From: Callorhinchus milii
Lineage: Eukaryota
Length of the DNA: 54,091 nucleotides
Direction of reading: 5' to 3'
Assembly: GCF_018977255.1 (NCBI RefSeq)
Contig: NW_024705331.1
Location: 1 to 54,091, forward strand
A program made the translations under genes and the position numbers. Position 1 is the first letter of the stretch; every line of letters starts with the position of its first letter. Shown here one piece after another: positions 1 through 12,900 of the stretch. Below the pieces are notes generated by a model. That model did not search any database. It was not told where the DNA came from and saw nothing but the letters and a program-made list of their open reading frames with translations.

Positions 1-358
1 TGAACGTTTACTTCACCGCATCATCGTATGAATGATGTGAGAAGAGATTAACGGGTTATTACGTGAGCGATTTACGTACTCAGCGCTTTCGCTCTCTAAA
101 TTACGGCTTGAATGAGGGGGGGGGGTATGACTACACTCACAAAATTAATATCTTACTAGGAATTTTATGTAACAAAAGTTACATAGATAACTGTTACGCG
201 TTGTGTAATTCAACAAAAAAATGGCACGGAAGGGGAAATCGGCCGCGGCCGTGTTTGATCGCCACCCGTTCGTTACCAGATTAAAATTTTTTGTGAATTT
301 TTTGGTCGGAACCCGATTTGGTCGTGATCAGAAGCGTTCATGACCAGAGGTTCTACTG
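1..358. mobile_element. End of a pogo/Tigger-like (Tc1-mariner) DNA transposon remnant
   Basis: Ends in GAGGTTCTACTG|TA, the reverse complement of a CAGTAGAACCTC-type TIR followed by TA. The other end is outside the window. Confidence 0.45.
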
Positions 359-632
359 TACCTGGTGTAGCAGTGTGTAGTAAACATTTCCACTGGGGGA
401 GACAAAGGTGGCCGGGCGTGGCACTGGGCACCCACCCCTCGTGTGCAATGAGATGAGGATAATACGGGGAAGCGGGGATTGTTGTCTTTGTACACAGTGC
501 CGGCCTCCACAGGCGCTGCCTCCACCACGACTCACCGCTGACATGCAGTATTTGCCCCAATGGCCCGCTGAGGCTCCACCGGCTGTAACCCCCCCCCCTC
601 CTCCTTTTGTCTTCGTCCGAAACCATGCGCAG

Positions 633-692
633 ATCCTGGGCATGCCCCGAAAAAGATGGTGGACGACGCCCCAAAAAGGATACTTTTCTTTG
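633..692 (+). CDS. DYRK4-like (class 2 DYRK) kinase exon, ILGMP(P)KKMVDDAPKRILFF
   Basis: Bounded by cgcag| and G|gtgagt. Resembles DYRK4 VLGLPP...RRQTFF|D. Needs one extra C in the C4 run at ~645-648 to stay in frame. Confidence 0.7.
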
Positions 693-869
693 GTGAGTCG
701 AGGGCTCGAGCAGGCTGGCGCAAGCGACGTAACCCATTCTGTTTTGTTAGGTGGGGTGGCAGTGAGGCTCTTATAGGGTTATTTTGTGGGGGGGGCTGGG
801 GGGGCTCTGATTATCTCGGGGGTGGTGGGTGGGGTGGGGTTTTGGGCTCTCAGTAGCAGGCGTTCGGAA

Positions 870-1245
870 GCATAGGTGGGTGGGTGAGTGAGCGAGTGGG
901 TGGGTAGGTGAGTGGGTGGGTAAGTGGGTGGGTGAGTGAGTAGGTGGGTGAGTGAGTGAGTGGTTGGGAAGGTGAGTAGGTAGGTGAGTGAGTGGGTGGG
1001 TGAGTAGGTAGGTGAGTGAGTGGGTGGGTGAGTGAGTGGGTAGGTGGGTAAGTGCGTATGTGGGTGAGTGGGTCGGTGTGAGGGTAGGTGGGTAAGTGGG
1101 CAGGTGAGTGATTGGGTGGGTGTATAGGGTGGTTAGGTAGGTTGGTTGGTAGTATGTAGGTGGTTCGGTGAGTGGGTATGTAGGTGGATAGGTAGGTGGG
1201 TAGGTAAGTGGATGAGCAGGTATGTGGGCGACGTGGTGGTTGGTG
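870..1245. repeat. Degenerate GGGT/GAGT/AGGT tetranucleotide repeat in DYRK intron
   Basis: Visible (gtgg/gtga/gtag)n tract. Confidence 0.9.
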
Positions 1246-1268
1246 ACTCTGCATGCGTCTCTCTGCAG

Positions 1269-1386
1269 ACTCTGAGGGCCTCCCCAAAAACATGTCCAAG
1301 CAGCGGCCACCAGGAAGCCTCCCCCTGCACCGTGCGCTGCAGGGCCACCACCCTCAGCTGGTGGACTTCGTCAGCCGCTGCCTGCA
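1269..1386 (+). CDS. DYRK4-like kinase exon, DSEGLPKNMSKQRPPGSLPLHRALQGHHPQLVDFVSRCLQ
   Basis: ctctgcag| acceptor and |gtacga donor, with phases compatible with both neighbours (G|AC=D, CA|A=Q). Resembles DYRK4 DSKGFPKN...FLDFLRRCL. Confidence 0.8.
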
Positions 1387-1890
1387 GTACGAACCACACT
1401 CACCCCTCGCTCACCCCCACTTATCTCCACTTATCCCCACACCACTCACCCCCACTCACTCACCCCCACTCACCACCCATACCTGTCAACACCTTATCAG
1501 TGCCCTACCTTACAACAGACCCAACTCAGACATTGTCGGTTACTCCGTGCCCCTTATAAATCTCAACGTTCATCCTGCAAAGTCCCATCACAAGGGACAA
1601 ACACAAACAAATAGACACAAATTATTATTTTTACCCAGAATTGAAACGGCTGCACTCCGTACGGATCTGAAAACTCAATTTCCGTGTACAAGAATATGGA
1701 ATAATCCGTACGGGTTGACAGCTCTGCCACCCACTCACTACCCACCACCACTCCCTCCCACCTTCTCCATCCCCCCCCTCCCCACTCTTCCCCCACCTCC
1801 CACCCTGTCAAATCATCTCACCATACCCCTCACCACGTGTGCGTCTCCCCCCCACTCCTCCCCTCCCCCTCCCCGTGCGTCTCCCAACAG

Positions 1891-2484
1891 ATGGGATCCG
1901 AATCTCCGGATGACGCCTGAGCAGGCGCTGGCTCACAGCTGGCTCCAAACCCCACCACCAACCACGGGCCACCACCACCACCCGGCCACACCACCACCGC
2001 CAGTGAGGCCACCTCCACTACCATCCGGGCTACCACCGCCACCATCCGGGCCACACCACCACCGGGCATCCCCACCATGCCACCATCCGGGCCACCACCA
2101 CCACCATCCGGGCCAACACCCACACCGGGCCAATCCCCACCACCGCCACCATCCGGGCCATCACCACCAACGCCACCATCCGGGCCACCACCACCACCAT
2201 CCGGGCCACCACCACCACCCGGGCCATCCCACCACCACCACCATCCGGGCCACCACCACCATCTTGGTCACCACCCCCACCCGGGCCACCACCACCAGCT
2301 GGGCCACCCCCACCACCGCCACCACCACTCCCATCATCTACAATCGGCCCATCAACTGGGCCACCACCACCATCCGGGCCACCACCACCAGCTGGGCCGA
2401 CACCACCCGCTGGGCCACCACCACCATCAGCAGCAGCGGCGGTGGCACCACTCCTGTGCAAGGCTCTGCAGCTGCTCAGCCGCG
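1891..2484 (+). CDS. DYRK4-like exon: end of kinase domain (WDPNLRMTPEQALAHSWL) plus His/Pro-rich low-complexity tail
   Basis: ctcccaacag| acceptor. Subdomain XI motif like DYRK WEPSLRMTPDQALKHAWI. Candidate donor cg|gtgagc at 2485. The frame inside the His-rich repeat is uncertain. Confidence 0.7.
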
Positions 2485-2501
2485 GTGAGCCTCTCTCTGT
2501 G

Positions 2502-3040
2502 TACCTCGCCTGGACGCAGGAGGTCATGGGTTCGATCCCGACCCTGATTAGATGTTAACTACCTCGCCTGGTACGCAGGAGGTCGTGGGTTCGATCCCGA
2601 CCCTGATTAGATGTTAACTACCTCGCCTGGTATGCAGGAGGTAGTGGGTTCGATCCTGATGAGATGTTAACTACCTCGCCTGGTATGCAGGAGGTCGTGG
2701 TTTCGATCCCGACCCTGATGAATGTTAACTACCTCGCCTGGTACACAGGAGGTTGTGGGTTCGATCCTGACCCTGATGAGATGTTAACCACCTCGCCTGG
2801 TACACAGGAGGTAGTGGATTCGATCCTGATGAGATGTTAACTACCTCGCCTGGTACACAGGAGGTCGTGGGCTCGATCCCGATGCTGACGATGCCTGTGT
2901 TGCTGTATTTTTGCATTTTGCGTTTCTGTCCCCGTGGTGGTCACCACGTGGATTCTTCTCAGGGTCCTGCAGATTTTCCCCTCCACGTTTAGAATCGGCG
3001 TCACGCACTTCGAGTAATTGACTGCCGCTATGAATGTCCA
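2502..3040 (+). mobile_element. V-SINE with ~7 tandem copies of its tRNA-derived head
   Basis: 53-59 bp units gttaactacctcgcctggtacNcaggaggtcgtgGGTTCGATCC at ~2502, 2554, 2613, 2666, 2724, 2783 and 2836, followed by a degenerate V-domain (tccccgtgg...cgtggatt...cctccac). Confidence 0.75.
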
Positions 3041-3162
3041 CGCGATGAAGAAGGTGATGATGTTATCAGCCCACTTGATTCGGCTATCAGCTGAGATGGC
3101 CAAGTGGCTTCTGGTCTATGTGGGTCTATAGGTCACTGTGGGTCTATGGGTCTCTGTGGGTC

Positions 3163-3217
3163 TGATGATGACGATGATGATAACGATGATCATGACGACG
3201 ATGATGATGACAATGAT

Positions 3218-3252
<35 letters not shown>

Positions 3253-3368
3253 TGGTGATGACGACGACGATGATGACGATGTTGATGATGATGATGATGG
3301 TGCCGATGATGATGACGATGTTGATGATGATGATGATGATGATAACGATGATGATGATGATGATGATG
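3163..3368. repeat. (GAT/GAC)n trinucleotide repeat
   Basis: Direct inspection. Confidence 0.95.
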
Positions 3369-3402
3369 CGCTGCTGTGGTGCTGCTGCCTCTCTCTCCAC
3401 AG

Positions 3403-3700
3403 AGCGGAGCCGGAGGAGAAGCTCCTATCGCCATCGTCATCATCGTCGCTCACCCAGACCTTTGGAGAGAGGACGGAGGTGGTGGAGGTGGTGGAGACGC
3501 AGGAGGAGGATGACGACAACGAGGAGGAGGATAAAGAGGAGAAGGAGGAAGAGGAGGAGGAGGGGGAGGGAGCGAGGGGTCCTGGCGCGTGTGGGCAGGG
3601 CGCTCCGCTCACTCCGCTCGCTGCTCAGCCGCCTGCTGCTCTGTGGTGGGCGGCCCACGGCAGAGTAGCGGAGTGGACCCACACTCACCACCCACACTCA
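3403..3700 (+). CDS. Probable next or last DYRK exon, acidic tail (AEPEEKLLSPSSSSSLTQTFGERTEVVEVVETQEEDDDNEEE...)
   Basis: ctctctccacag| acceptor, phase-compatible with the donor at 2484 (CG|A=R). The frame stays open into the CAC satellite, so the true end is unclear. Confidence 0.45.
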
Positions 3701-4980
3701 CCACCCACACTCACCACACTCCCCACCCACTCCCCACCCACACACACCACCCACATCACCAACTCCCCACCCACACTCACTACCCACTCACCACCCACAC
3801 TCACCACCCACACTCATCCACCCACACTCACCACACTCACCACCCACACTCACCACCCAAACTCACCACACTCCCACCCACACTCACCACCCACACTCAC
3901 ATCCACACTCACCACACTCCCCACCCACACTCACCACCCACACTCACACCAACACTCACCACACTCACTCACCACCCACACTCACCCACCCACACTCACC
4001 ACACTCACCACCCACACTCACCACCCACACTCACCACACCACACTCACCACACTCACCACGCACACTCACCACCCACACTCACCACCCACACTCACCACA
4101 CTCCCGACCCACCACACTCACCACCCACACTCACCAGCCACACTCACCACACTCACCACACCACACTCACCACACCACACTCACCACCCACACTCACCAC
4201 ACTTACACCCACACTCACCACCCACATTGACCACACTGACCACCCACACTCTCCACCACACCACCACACTCACCACCCACACTCACCACCCACACTCACC
4301 ACACTCACCACACCACACTCACCACCCACACTCACACACTCACTACCCCACACTCACCACACTCACCACCAACACTCACCACACCACACTCACCACCCAC
4401 ACTCACCACACCACACTACCACCCACACTCACCATCCACACTCACCACACCTCACTCACCACCCACACTCACCACACTCACCACACTCACCACCCATCCT
4501 CACCACCCACACTCACCACCCACACTCACTCACCACCCAAACTCACCACCCACACTCACCATCCACACTCACCACACTCACTCACCACCCACACTCCCCA
4601 CCCACACTCACCACACTCACTCACCACACCACACTCACCACATACACCACCTACACTCACCACCCACACTGACCACCACCTCACCACCACATCCACCCAC
4701 ACTCACCACACTCACCACCCACACTCACCACCACACTCACCCCACACTCCCACCCACACTCACCAGCCACACTCACCAGCCACACTCACCAGCCACTCAC
4801 CAGCCACACTCACCACACACTCACACTCACCACCCACACTCTCCACCCCACACTCACCACCCACATTCACCACCCACACCCACCAGCCACACTCACCAGC
4901 CACACTCACCACCCACACACACCACCCACACTCACCACCCACACTCACCACCCACACTCACCAGCCACACTCACCACACA
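3680..4980. repeat. CACACTCACCAC-type ~12-mer satellite
   Basis: Direct inspection. It is the reverse complement of the arrays at 9975-13912 and 48385-49672. Confidence 0.9.
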
Positions 4981-5189
4981 ATGGACTAGAGCCTGCCTAG
5001 CCACGTGCACGTGTGAGAGTTAGGATAGAGATAAGAAAAAGTTATAATGTAATGTGTACATATATATCTAGACCATTGTTTGTTTATCGATTGTTGTTGT
5101 TAATAAATAAGCGGATTTAACAGAACGTTGCAATTGTGTTTGTTGTGGCGAGTTGCTGCGGCCTGGGGTCTGAGGTGACTTGGGTCCAG

Positions 5190-5395
5190 ATGTTGACTAC
5201 CTTGCCTGGTACACAGGAGGTCGTGGGTTCAATTCCGACCCTGATGAGATGTTAACTACCTCGCCTGGTACGCAGGTGGTCGTGGGTTCAATTCCGACCC
5301 TGATGTGATGTTAACTACCTCGCCTGGTACACAGGAGGTCGTGGGTTCAATTCCAACCCTGACGATGCCTGCTGCTGCTATGTATTTGGAGTCTG
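5190..5395 (+). mobile_element. Truncated V-SINE with 3 tandem tRNA-like heads
   Basis: Three units containing B-box GGTTCAATTCC, then gcctgctgctgctatgtatttggagt. Confidence 0.7.
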
Positions 5396-5483
5396 CCCAG
5401 CTCCGTGTCTCATCAGCAGAAGCAAGAGACAAGCTCTGCTTGAACCAATGATGGTGAACTGCCCAGATGTTTGTCGTCAGATG

Positions 5484-5642
5484 CACCTAGCCTGGCACAG
5501 CAGTCAACCCATGGCACTTGCTGGGTCTGTCCATTGACCGCCTCCTGTACCTAGCCTGGCACAGCAGTCAACCCATGGCACCTGCTGGGTCTGTCCCGTG
5601 GCCTCCTCTAGCACCTAGCCTGGCACAACAGTCAACCCATGC
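5484..5642. repeat. ~63-bp tandem repeat, about 2.5 copies
   Basis: acctagcctggcacagcagtcaacccatg recurs three times. Confidence 0.8.
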
Positions 5643-5647
5643 CCACC

Positions 5648-8578
5648 CGAGGGCCCCTGGACCCCCGGCCCCCACTGGGATCCGGTCACGTGTCCAGCAC
5701 CGGCCTTGACGTCATGTGTGTGTCGACCCACGTGGTAGTAACGCTCCCGGCACAGTGACGTCATACGTGTGCGTGTGTACACAGTAATGATACCACAATC
5801 ATTATCTCACCCTCCCCCATGCAAAAAAACAGCCGTCCCGGCTGTGACAATACAGAAAACCAGTGTGCCTCCAACAACAACATCAACAATAAACCGGCAA
5901 CGATAATAATTACTGCGAGAACATATGTACACACAACGAGAGAGGGGGGCGAGGCGAACCAACAACAACACATGTGTAATAAAGGACTCGATCACTGTGT
6001 CTGTCTTCGTTGTCCTTTATTCGGGTTCTTTACACTTGTCCCACACGGCTCTCTCTCAGAGACTCCCCTGCTTGGCAGCCCGATGCTGCCGTCGCTCCCG
6101 TAGCCTCTCACTCCACTCTGATGCAGCTCCGCTGCTGATCTCCTCGTGCAGGCCTCCGGCTGCAGTCACTGCAGCCTCAGCCGGCTCCCCGTTCCTCCGT
6201 GCTCGGTCACCGCTGGCCGACGGTGCCGAGTCTTATCCTGGGTGTGTGGCGATCTCGCCACCCTCCAACCTCCGCCCTGCGTGGCCTCACTCTATATCTC
6301 TCAACAACTCTCTCCCTTCTCTTCCGGTTTCTCCCCCTTAAGACTTGATCCCTCTCCCCACGTGACCTAACTCCTCCGCCCGTGACGTCACATCCGCGAG
6401 GCCGTTTACGCCCGCATTACACCACCCTCCCCGTAGAGAAATCCAGCCGACCTCAGCTGAACAATAACGACAACAAGTAATGTGAGCAAACACGGCCAAG
6501 ACACATCGAAGGACAACGAAGCATACAATAAATATAACAGTAAGAACAAGAACACAACAATAAAATTCAACGAAATGTAAGGGATTTCGAGGGTGTGCGG
6601 GTCGCCGGCCCGTCCCGGACGGTCGGCAGCCCCCCGCAGACCGGGAACGTGACGGGGTTTTAGGAGCGACAGGATGAAGTCCTCCTGTCACTATTGGAGG
6701 CCCGCCAACGTCCCGGTCCCGTATCCCGAAGGCTCAGCGTCGGAGGTGTCCCGCACTCGTGTCCGCAGCGGGGTCGGAAGGGCCGCGGGCTCGGAGTTCC
6801 CGCAGCCGTGGCAGGCACCCCCGAGCAGAGCCCCTCATCCCCTGCGGTGTCACGGCCAGCTTGTCTGTAACAGGCACGACAGGCGTTCTTGCAAGATCAA
6901 CAGGCACAGGCAAGGGTGAGTTGGCAGCAACAGACCCCGGCAAGGCAACATCAGGAGATGACGCATCAGGTAGAGGGGCCACATATGGCTTCAAGCGCGA
7001 CGTGTGAACGAACCAACGCCGAGATCCAACCCGAACACGCGCCGACTGTGGGTTGGGAACCTCGATGAGGCGAACCGGCCCTTGCCATGGTTTATGTAAT
7101 TTAGGAGAGGTACCTGGCCGCACCTGTGGGCAATGGAGCCAGGCCAGGTCCCCAACCTTCCAGGGGCACTCCCCCTTAGAGCGTCGAGCACACCGCTCGT
7201 TCCGGGCCTGGGCTTTGGCCGTAGCCATGCGGGCCCCCCCGCGCCTCAGTAACACGGTGAACGGTGTCCTGAATATAATCAGGAAGAGGCTTAGCAGGTC
7301 TCCTCACTCCAGTTCCCAACTGTACATCCATCGGCGGCACGTTTTCACGACCGTACATAAGGAAAAACGGCGAATATCCTGTAGCCGCATGCGGCATCAT
7401 CCGGTACGCCAAAGTACCCCAGGGATATGCAAATCCCAATCAGATTGTTGTTCACTCACCGTGTGGCACAACCTCTCCGGCGCACCCTTGTCCATAACGT
7501 ACCCAAATAGAAAGGCGTCTGTAATAGACGCCACCGACTGGTCGGGCAACGGCCAGGCCATCGGCCAAGGGGAGAGGTATTCCACCCAACCAACAAGTAT
7601 TTATTACCCTTCGCGGATGGCGGGAAGGGTCCCAGAATGTCTAGCGCCACCAATTCATTAACTCGAGACACCTGAATAGACTGTATCGGCGGCACATATG
7701 GATGTTTAGGTGGCCACACGCGCAAAGTGTGCCGAGGCACCCGCAGCAGCGGCGGCGTCCTCTCTCTTCCAGCTCCGGCGCTCTCTCTCTCTCTCTTGAT
7801 GGCAGCGAAGCAGCGACGTGATGTGCATCCTGCTGCCCCGCCTGCAGCTCCATCTCCCTCCTTCACCGGGGCTGCAGACCCCGGGGCTGCCCTGAAGACG
7901 ATTTTCCCGCCGTCTCCGTCGTGTGAAAGCATCGAGGTAAGTTATAGTAATCGTGCGCATTCTATACTGGCTAGGATAACACCTAACGCTAGCCACTTCT
8001 GACACCAATTGTAGTGGGTTCAATTTAGGCGCACACACTTCTTGGGAATGCAACACTCATTTATTAATGAACACAACGGTTACTCAACAGTTACTCTTAC
8101 TCTACACATAGGGTGGTGACCACCGACCTACCCTAGCTAACACACAATTGTCTCTTAGCTACTCCAGCGTGACCCCAGCCAGGTGGCTGCTGGCAGTCCG
8201 CTCACTGTAGGCCTTCTCTTCTTGGCATCTTCACGAGGCGTCTTCATTCTTCGCAGGAACAGCCCCGAACCTCCTGAGGAGGCAGCTTATATGGGGCTCG
8301 GCATGCTCGGGCCCCACCCCGGCCATGCCTCCCTTCGAGCACCCTCTCGAAGCCCCCCTGCTGTCCACGTGCCCCCCTGAGGGCCCCCCTGAGGGCCCCC
8401 TGGACCCCCGGCCCCACTGGGATCCGGTCACGTGTCCAGCACCGGCCCTGACGTCATTCCCGCCTCCTGCCGGGATGACGTCATGTGTGCGTGTCGACCC
8501 ACGTGGTAGTAACGCCTCCCGGCACAGTGACGTCATACGTGTGCATATGTACACAGTAATGATACCACAATCATAACA
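5648..8578 (-). mobile_element. Decayed, internally deleted and nested Gypsy LTR element
   Basis: 5' LTR 8578-8010 (TG...CA). PBS TGGTGTCAGAAGTGG at 8007-7993, complementary to the tRNA-Leu 3' end. Integrase remnants (VSRVNELVALDILGPFP, DWDLHIPGVL, AWLHCPQV, WFVHTSRLKPY) at ~7700-6960. A second PPT+LTR at 6421-5975. A partial copy of the 5' LTR at ~5809-5648 after a GGGGGAGGG PPT. Confidence 0.8.
5975..6421 (-). mobile_element. LTR of a second family (LTR-B)
   Basis: Minus strand reads TGTAATGCGG...TTTATTACA, is preceded by PPT GGGGAGGGTGG, and has AATAAA near the end. Confidence 0.7.
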
Positions 8579-8579
8579 C

Positions 8580-9885
8580 ATAGATGCCCTAAGAGACACA
8601 CAGAGACCCATAGAGACACACAGAAACCCATAGTCATACATAGAAATCCAAAGAGATACATAGAGACACACAGAGATCCAGAGATACACAGAGATACATA
8701 GTGACCCATAGAGACCCATAGTGATACATAGAGACCCATAGAGATACAAAGAGACCGATATAGATTCATAGAGACCGATAGAGATACATAGAGACCCAGA
8801 ATGATACATAGAGAACCATAGAAAACATAGAGACCGACAGGGACACATAGAAGCTCAACGAAGTAGCTGATAACATCATCATCATCGTGTGGGAATGTCC
8901 AGACACCCACAGAGACTAACATTCACCACACAGAAAACCCGCAGACTCACCACACAGAGACCCACAAACTCACCACCACGCAGAGACCCACAGACTCACC
9001 ACACAGAGACCCACAGACTCATCACACAGAGAACCATAGACTCACCACACAGAGACCCACAGATTCAGCTCACACAGAGACCCACAGACTCACCTCACAC
9101 AGAGACCCACAGACTCACCTCACACAGAGACCCACAGACTCATCACGCAGAGACCCACAGACTCACCACACAGGGACCCACAGACTCACCACACAGAGAC
9201 CCACATACTCACCACACAGAGACCCACAGACTCATCACGCAGAGACCCACAGACTCACCTCACACAGAGACCCACAGACTCACCTCACACAGAAACCCAC
9301 AGACTCATCACGCAGAGACCCACAGACTCACCACACAGGGACCCACAGACTCACCACACAGAGACCCACAGACTCACCACACAGAGAGACCCACAGACTC
9401 ACCACACAGAGACCTACAGACTCATCACGCAGAGACCCACAGACTCACCACACAGAGACCCATAGACTCACCACACAGAGACCCACAGACTCACCTCACA
9501 CAGAGACCCACAGACTCATCACGCAGAGACCCAAAAACTCACCACACAGAGACCCACAGACTCACTACACAGAGAGACCCACAGACTCACCACACAGAGA
9601 GACCCACAGACTCACCACACAGACCCACAGACTCACCACACAGAGACCCACAGACTCACCACACAGAGAGACCCACAGACTCACCACACAGACCCACAGA
9701 CTCACCACACAGACCCACAGACTCACCACACAGAGACCCACAGACTCACCACACAGAGACCCACAGACTCACCACACAGAGACCACAGACTCACCACACA
9801 GAGACCCACAGACTCACCACACAGAGACCCACAGACTCACCACACAGAGACCCACAGACTCACCACCACCCAGAGATCCACAGAC
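8580..9885. repeat. CACAGAGACCCACAGACTCACCA-type ~22-mer minisatellite with a degenerate 10-mer lead-in
   Basis: Direct inspection. Confidence 0.9.
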
Positions 9886-9974
9886 AGCCGTCAAACCATG
9901 GCAACTGAGTTATTGTGGTGACGTCACCGCCACGAAGTTGTGAATGGCGACTGTTGATGTGTGTGGGCTTGTGT

Positions 9975-12900
9975 GTGAGTATGATGGTGAGTGTGGTGGG
10001 GAGTGTGGGTGGTGAGTGTGATGGTGAGTGTCATGGTGAGTGTGATGGTGAGTGTCATGGTGTCATGGTGAGTGTGGTGGTGAGAGTGGTGGTGAGTGTG
10101 GTGGTGAGTGTGGTGGTGAGTGTGATGGTGAGTGAGATAGTGAGTGTGGTGGTGAGTGTGGTGGTGAGTGTGGTGGTGTGAGTATCATGGTGAGTGTGGT
10201 AGTGAGTGTGATGGGTGAGTGTGGTGGGTGAGTATCATGGTGAGTGTGGTGGTGAGTGTGGGTGGTGAGTGTATCATGGTGAGTGTGGTGGTGAGTATGG
10301 TGGTGAGTGTCATGGTGTCATGGTGAGTGTGGTGGTGAGAGTGGTGGTGAGTGTGGTGGTGAGTGAGATGGTGAGTGTCATGGTGAGTGTCAAGGTGAGT
10401 GTGGTGGTGAGAGTGATGGTGAGTGTGGTGGTGAGTGTGGTGGTATCATGGTGAGTGTGGTGGTGAGTGTGGTGGTGAGTGTGGTGGTGAGTGGTGGTGG
10501 TGAGTGTGATGGTGAGTGAGATGGTGAGTGTGGTGGTGAGTGTGGTTGTGGGTGTGATGGTGAGTGTGGTGGTGAGGGTGATGGTGAGTGTGGTAGTGAG
10601 TGTGGTGGTGAGTATCATGGTGAGTGTGGTGGTGAGTGTGGTGGTGAGTATCATGGTGAGTGTGGTGGTGAGTGTGGTGAGTGTGATGGTGAGTGTGGTG
10701 GTGAGGGTGAATGGTGAGTGTGGTGGTGAGTATGGTGGTGAGTGCGGTGGTGAGTGCAGTGGTGAGTGTGGTGGTGAGAGTGGTGGTGAGTGTGGTGGTG
10801 AGTGTGGTGGTGAGTGTGATGGTGAGTGAGATAGTGAGTGTGGTGGTGAGTGTGGTGGTGAGTGTGGTGGTGAGTGTGGTGGTGAGTATCATGGTGAGTG
10901 TGGTGGTGAGTGTGATGGTGAGTGTGGTGGTGAGTATCATGGTGAGTGTGGTGGTGAGTGTGGTGGTGAGTGTATCATGGTGAGTGTGGTGGTGAGTGTG
11001 GTGGTGAGTGTCATGGTGTCATGGTGAGTGTGGTGGTGAGAGTGGTGGTGAGTGGTGGTGGTGAGTGAGATGGTGAGTGTCATGGTGAATGTCAAGGTGA
11101 GTGTGGTGGTGAGAGTGGTGGTGAGTGTGGTGGTGAGTGTGGTGGTGAGTGTGATGGTGAGTGAGATAGTGAGTGTGGTGGTGAGTGTGGTGGTGAGTGT
11201 GGTGGTGAGTGTGGTGGTGAGTATCATGGTGAGTGTGGTGGTGAGTGTGGTGGTGAGTGTCATGGTGTCATGGTGAGTGTGGTGGTGAGAGTGGTGGTGA
11301 GTGTGGTGTGAGTGTGGTGGTGAGTGTGGTGGTATCATGGTGAGTGTGGTGGTGAGTGTGGTGGTGAGTGTGGTGGTGAGTATCATGGTGAGTGTGGTGG
11401 TGAGTGTGATGGTGAGTGAGATGGTGAGTGTGGTGGTGAGGGGGATGGTGAGTGTGGTGGTGAGTATGGTGGTGAGTGCGGTGGTGAGTGCAGTGGTGAG
11501 TGTGGTGGTGAGTGTGGTGGTGAGTGTGATGGTGAGTGTGGTGGTGAGTGAGATGGTGAGTGTGGTGGTGTCATGGTGAGTGTCATGGTGAGTGTGGTGG
11601 GTGGTGGTGAGTGTGGTGGTGAGTGTGATGGTGAGTGAGATGGTGAGTGTGGTGGTGAGTGTGGTGGTGAGTGTGGTGGTGAGTATCATGGTGAGTGGTG
11701 GATGGTGAGTGTGAATGGTGAGTGTGGTGGTGAGTGAGATGGTGAGTGTGGTGGTGAGTGTGGTGGTGAGTGTGGTGGTGAGTGTATCATGGTGAGTGTG
11801 GTGGTGAGTGTCATGGTGTCATGGTGAGTGTGGTGGTGAGTATGGTGGTGAGTGTGGTGGTGAGTGAGATGGTGAGTGTCATGGTGAATGTCAAGGTGAG
11901 TGTGGTGGTGAGAGTGTGGTGAGTGTGGTGGTGAGTGAGTGGTGAGTGTCATGGTGAGTGTGGTGAGTGTGGTGGTGAGTGTGGTGGTGAGTGTGATGGT
12001 GAGTGAGATAGTGAGTGTGGTGGTGAGTGTGGTGGTGAGTGGGGGTGAGTGTGGTGGTGAGTATCATGGTGAGTGTGGTGGTGAGTGTGGTGGTGAGTGT
12101 CATGGTGTCATGGTGAGTGTGGTGGTGAGAGTGGTGGTGAGTGTGGTGGTGAGTGAGATGGTGAGTGTATGGTGAGTGTCAAGGTGAGTGTTGTGGTGAG
12201 AGTGATGGTGAGTGTGGTGGTGAGTGTGGTGGTATCATGGTGAGTGTGGTGGTGAGTGTGGTGGTGAGTGTGGTGGTGAGTATCATGGTGAGTGTGGTGG
12301 TGAGTGTGATGGTGAGTGAGATGGTGAGTGTGGTGGTGAGTGTGGTTGTGGGTGTGTTGGTGAGTGTGGTGGTGAGGGTGATGGTGAGTGTGGTGGTGAG
12401 TATGGTGGTGAGTGCGGTGGTGAGTGCAGTGGTGAGTGTGGTGGTGAGTGTGGTGGTGAGTGTGATGGTGAGTGTGGTGGTGAGTGAGATGGTGAGTGTG
12501 GTGGTGTCATGGTGAGTGTCATGGTGAGTGTGGTGGTGTGGTGGTGAGTGTGGTGGTGAGTGTGATGGTGAGTGAGATGGTGAGTGTGGTGGTGAGTGTG
12601 GTGGTGAGTGTGGTGGTGAGTATCATGGTGAGTGTGGTGGTGAGTGTGATGGTGAGTGTGGTGGTGAGTGAGATGGTGAGTGTGGTGGTGAGTGTGGTGG
12701 TGAGTATCATGGTGAGTGTGGTGGTGAGTGTGGTGGTATCATGGTGAGTGTGGTGGTGAGTGTGGTGGTGAGTGTGGTGGTGAGTGTGATGGTGAGTGAG
12801 ATGGTGAGTGTGGTGGTGAGTGTGGTGGTGAGTGTGGTGGTGAGTATCATGGTGAGTGTGGTGGTGAGTGTGATGGTGAGTGTGGTGGTGAGTGAGATGG

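Noticed and set aside
1253..2488. Single 411-aa ORF as an intronless gene
   Set aside because: Kinase homology is limited to segments bounded by canonical splice sites. 1387-1890 is an intron that happens to be open.
2502..2885. tRNA gene cluster
   Set aside because: The units have a B-box but no full cloverleaf or acceptor stem and run into a V-SINE body.
3104..3402. Poly-Asp coding region
   Set aside because: It is a GAT/GAC microsatellite upstream of a good splice acceptor at 3402, so probably intronic.
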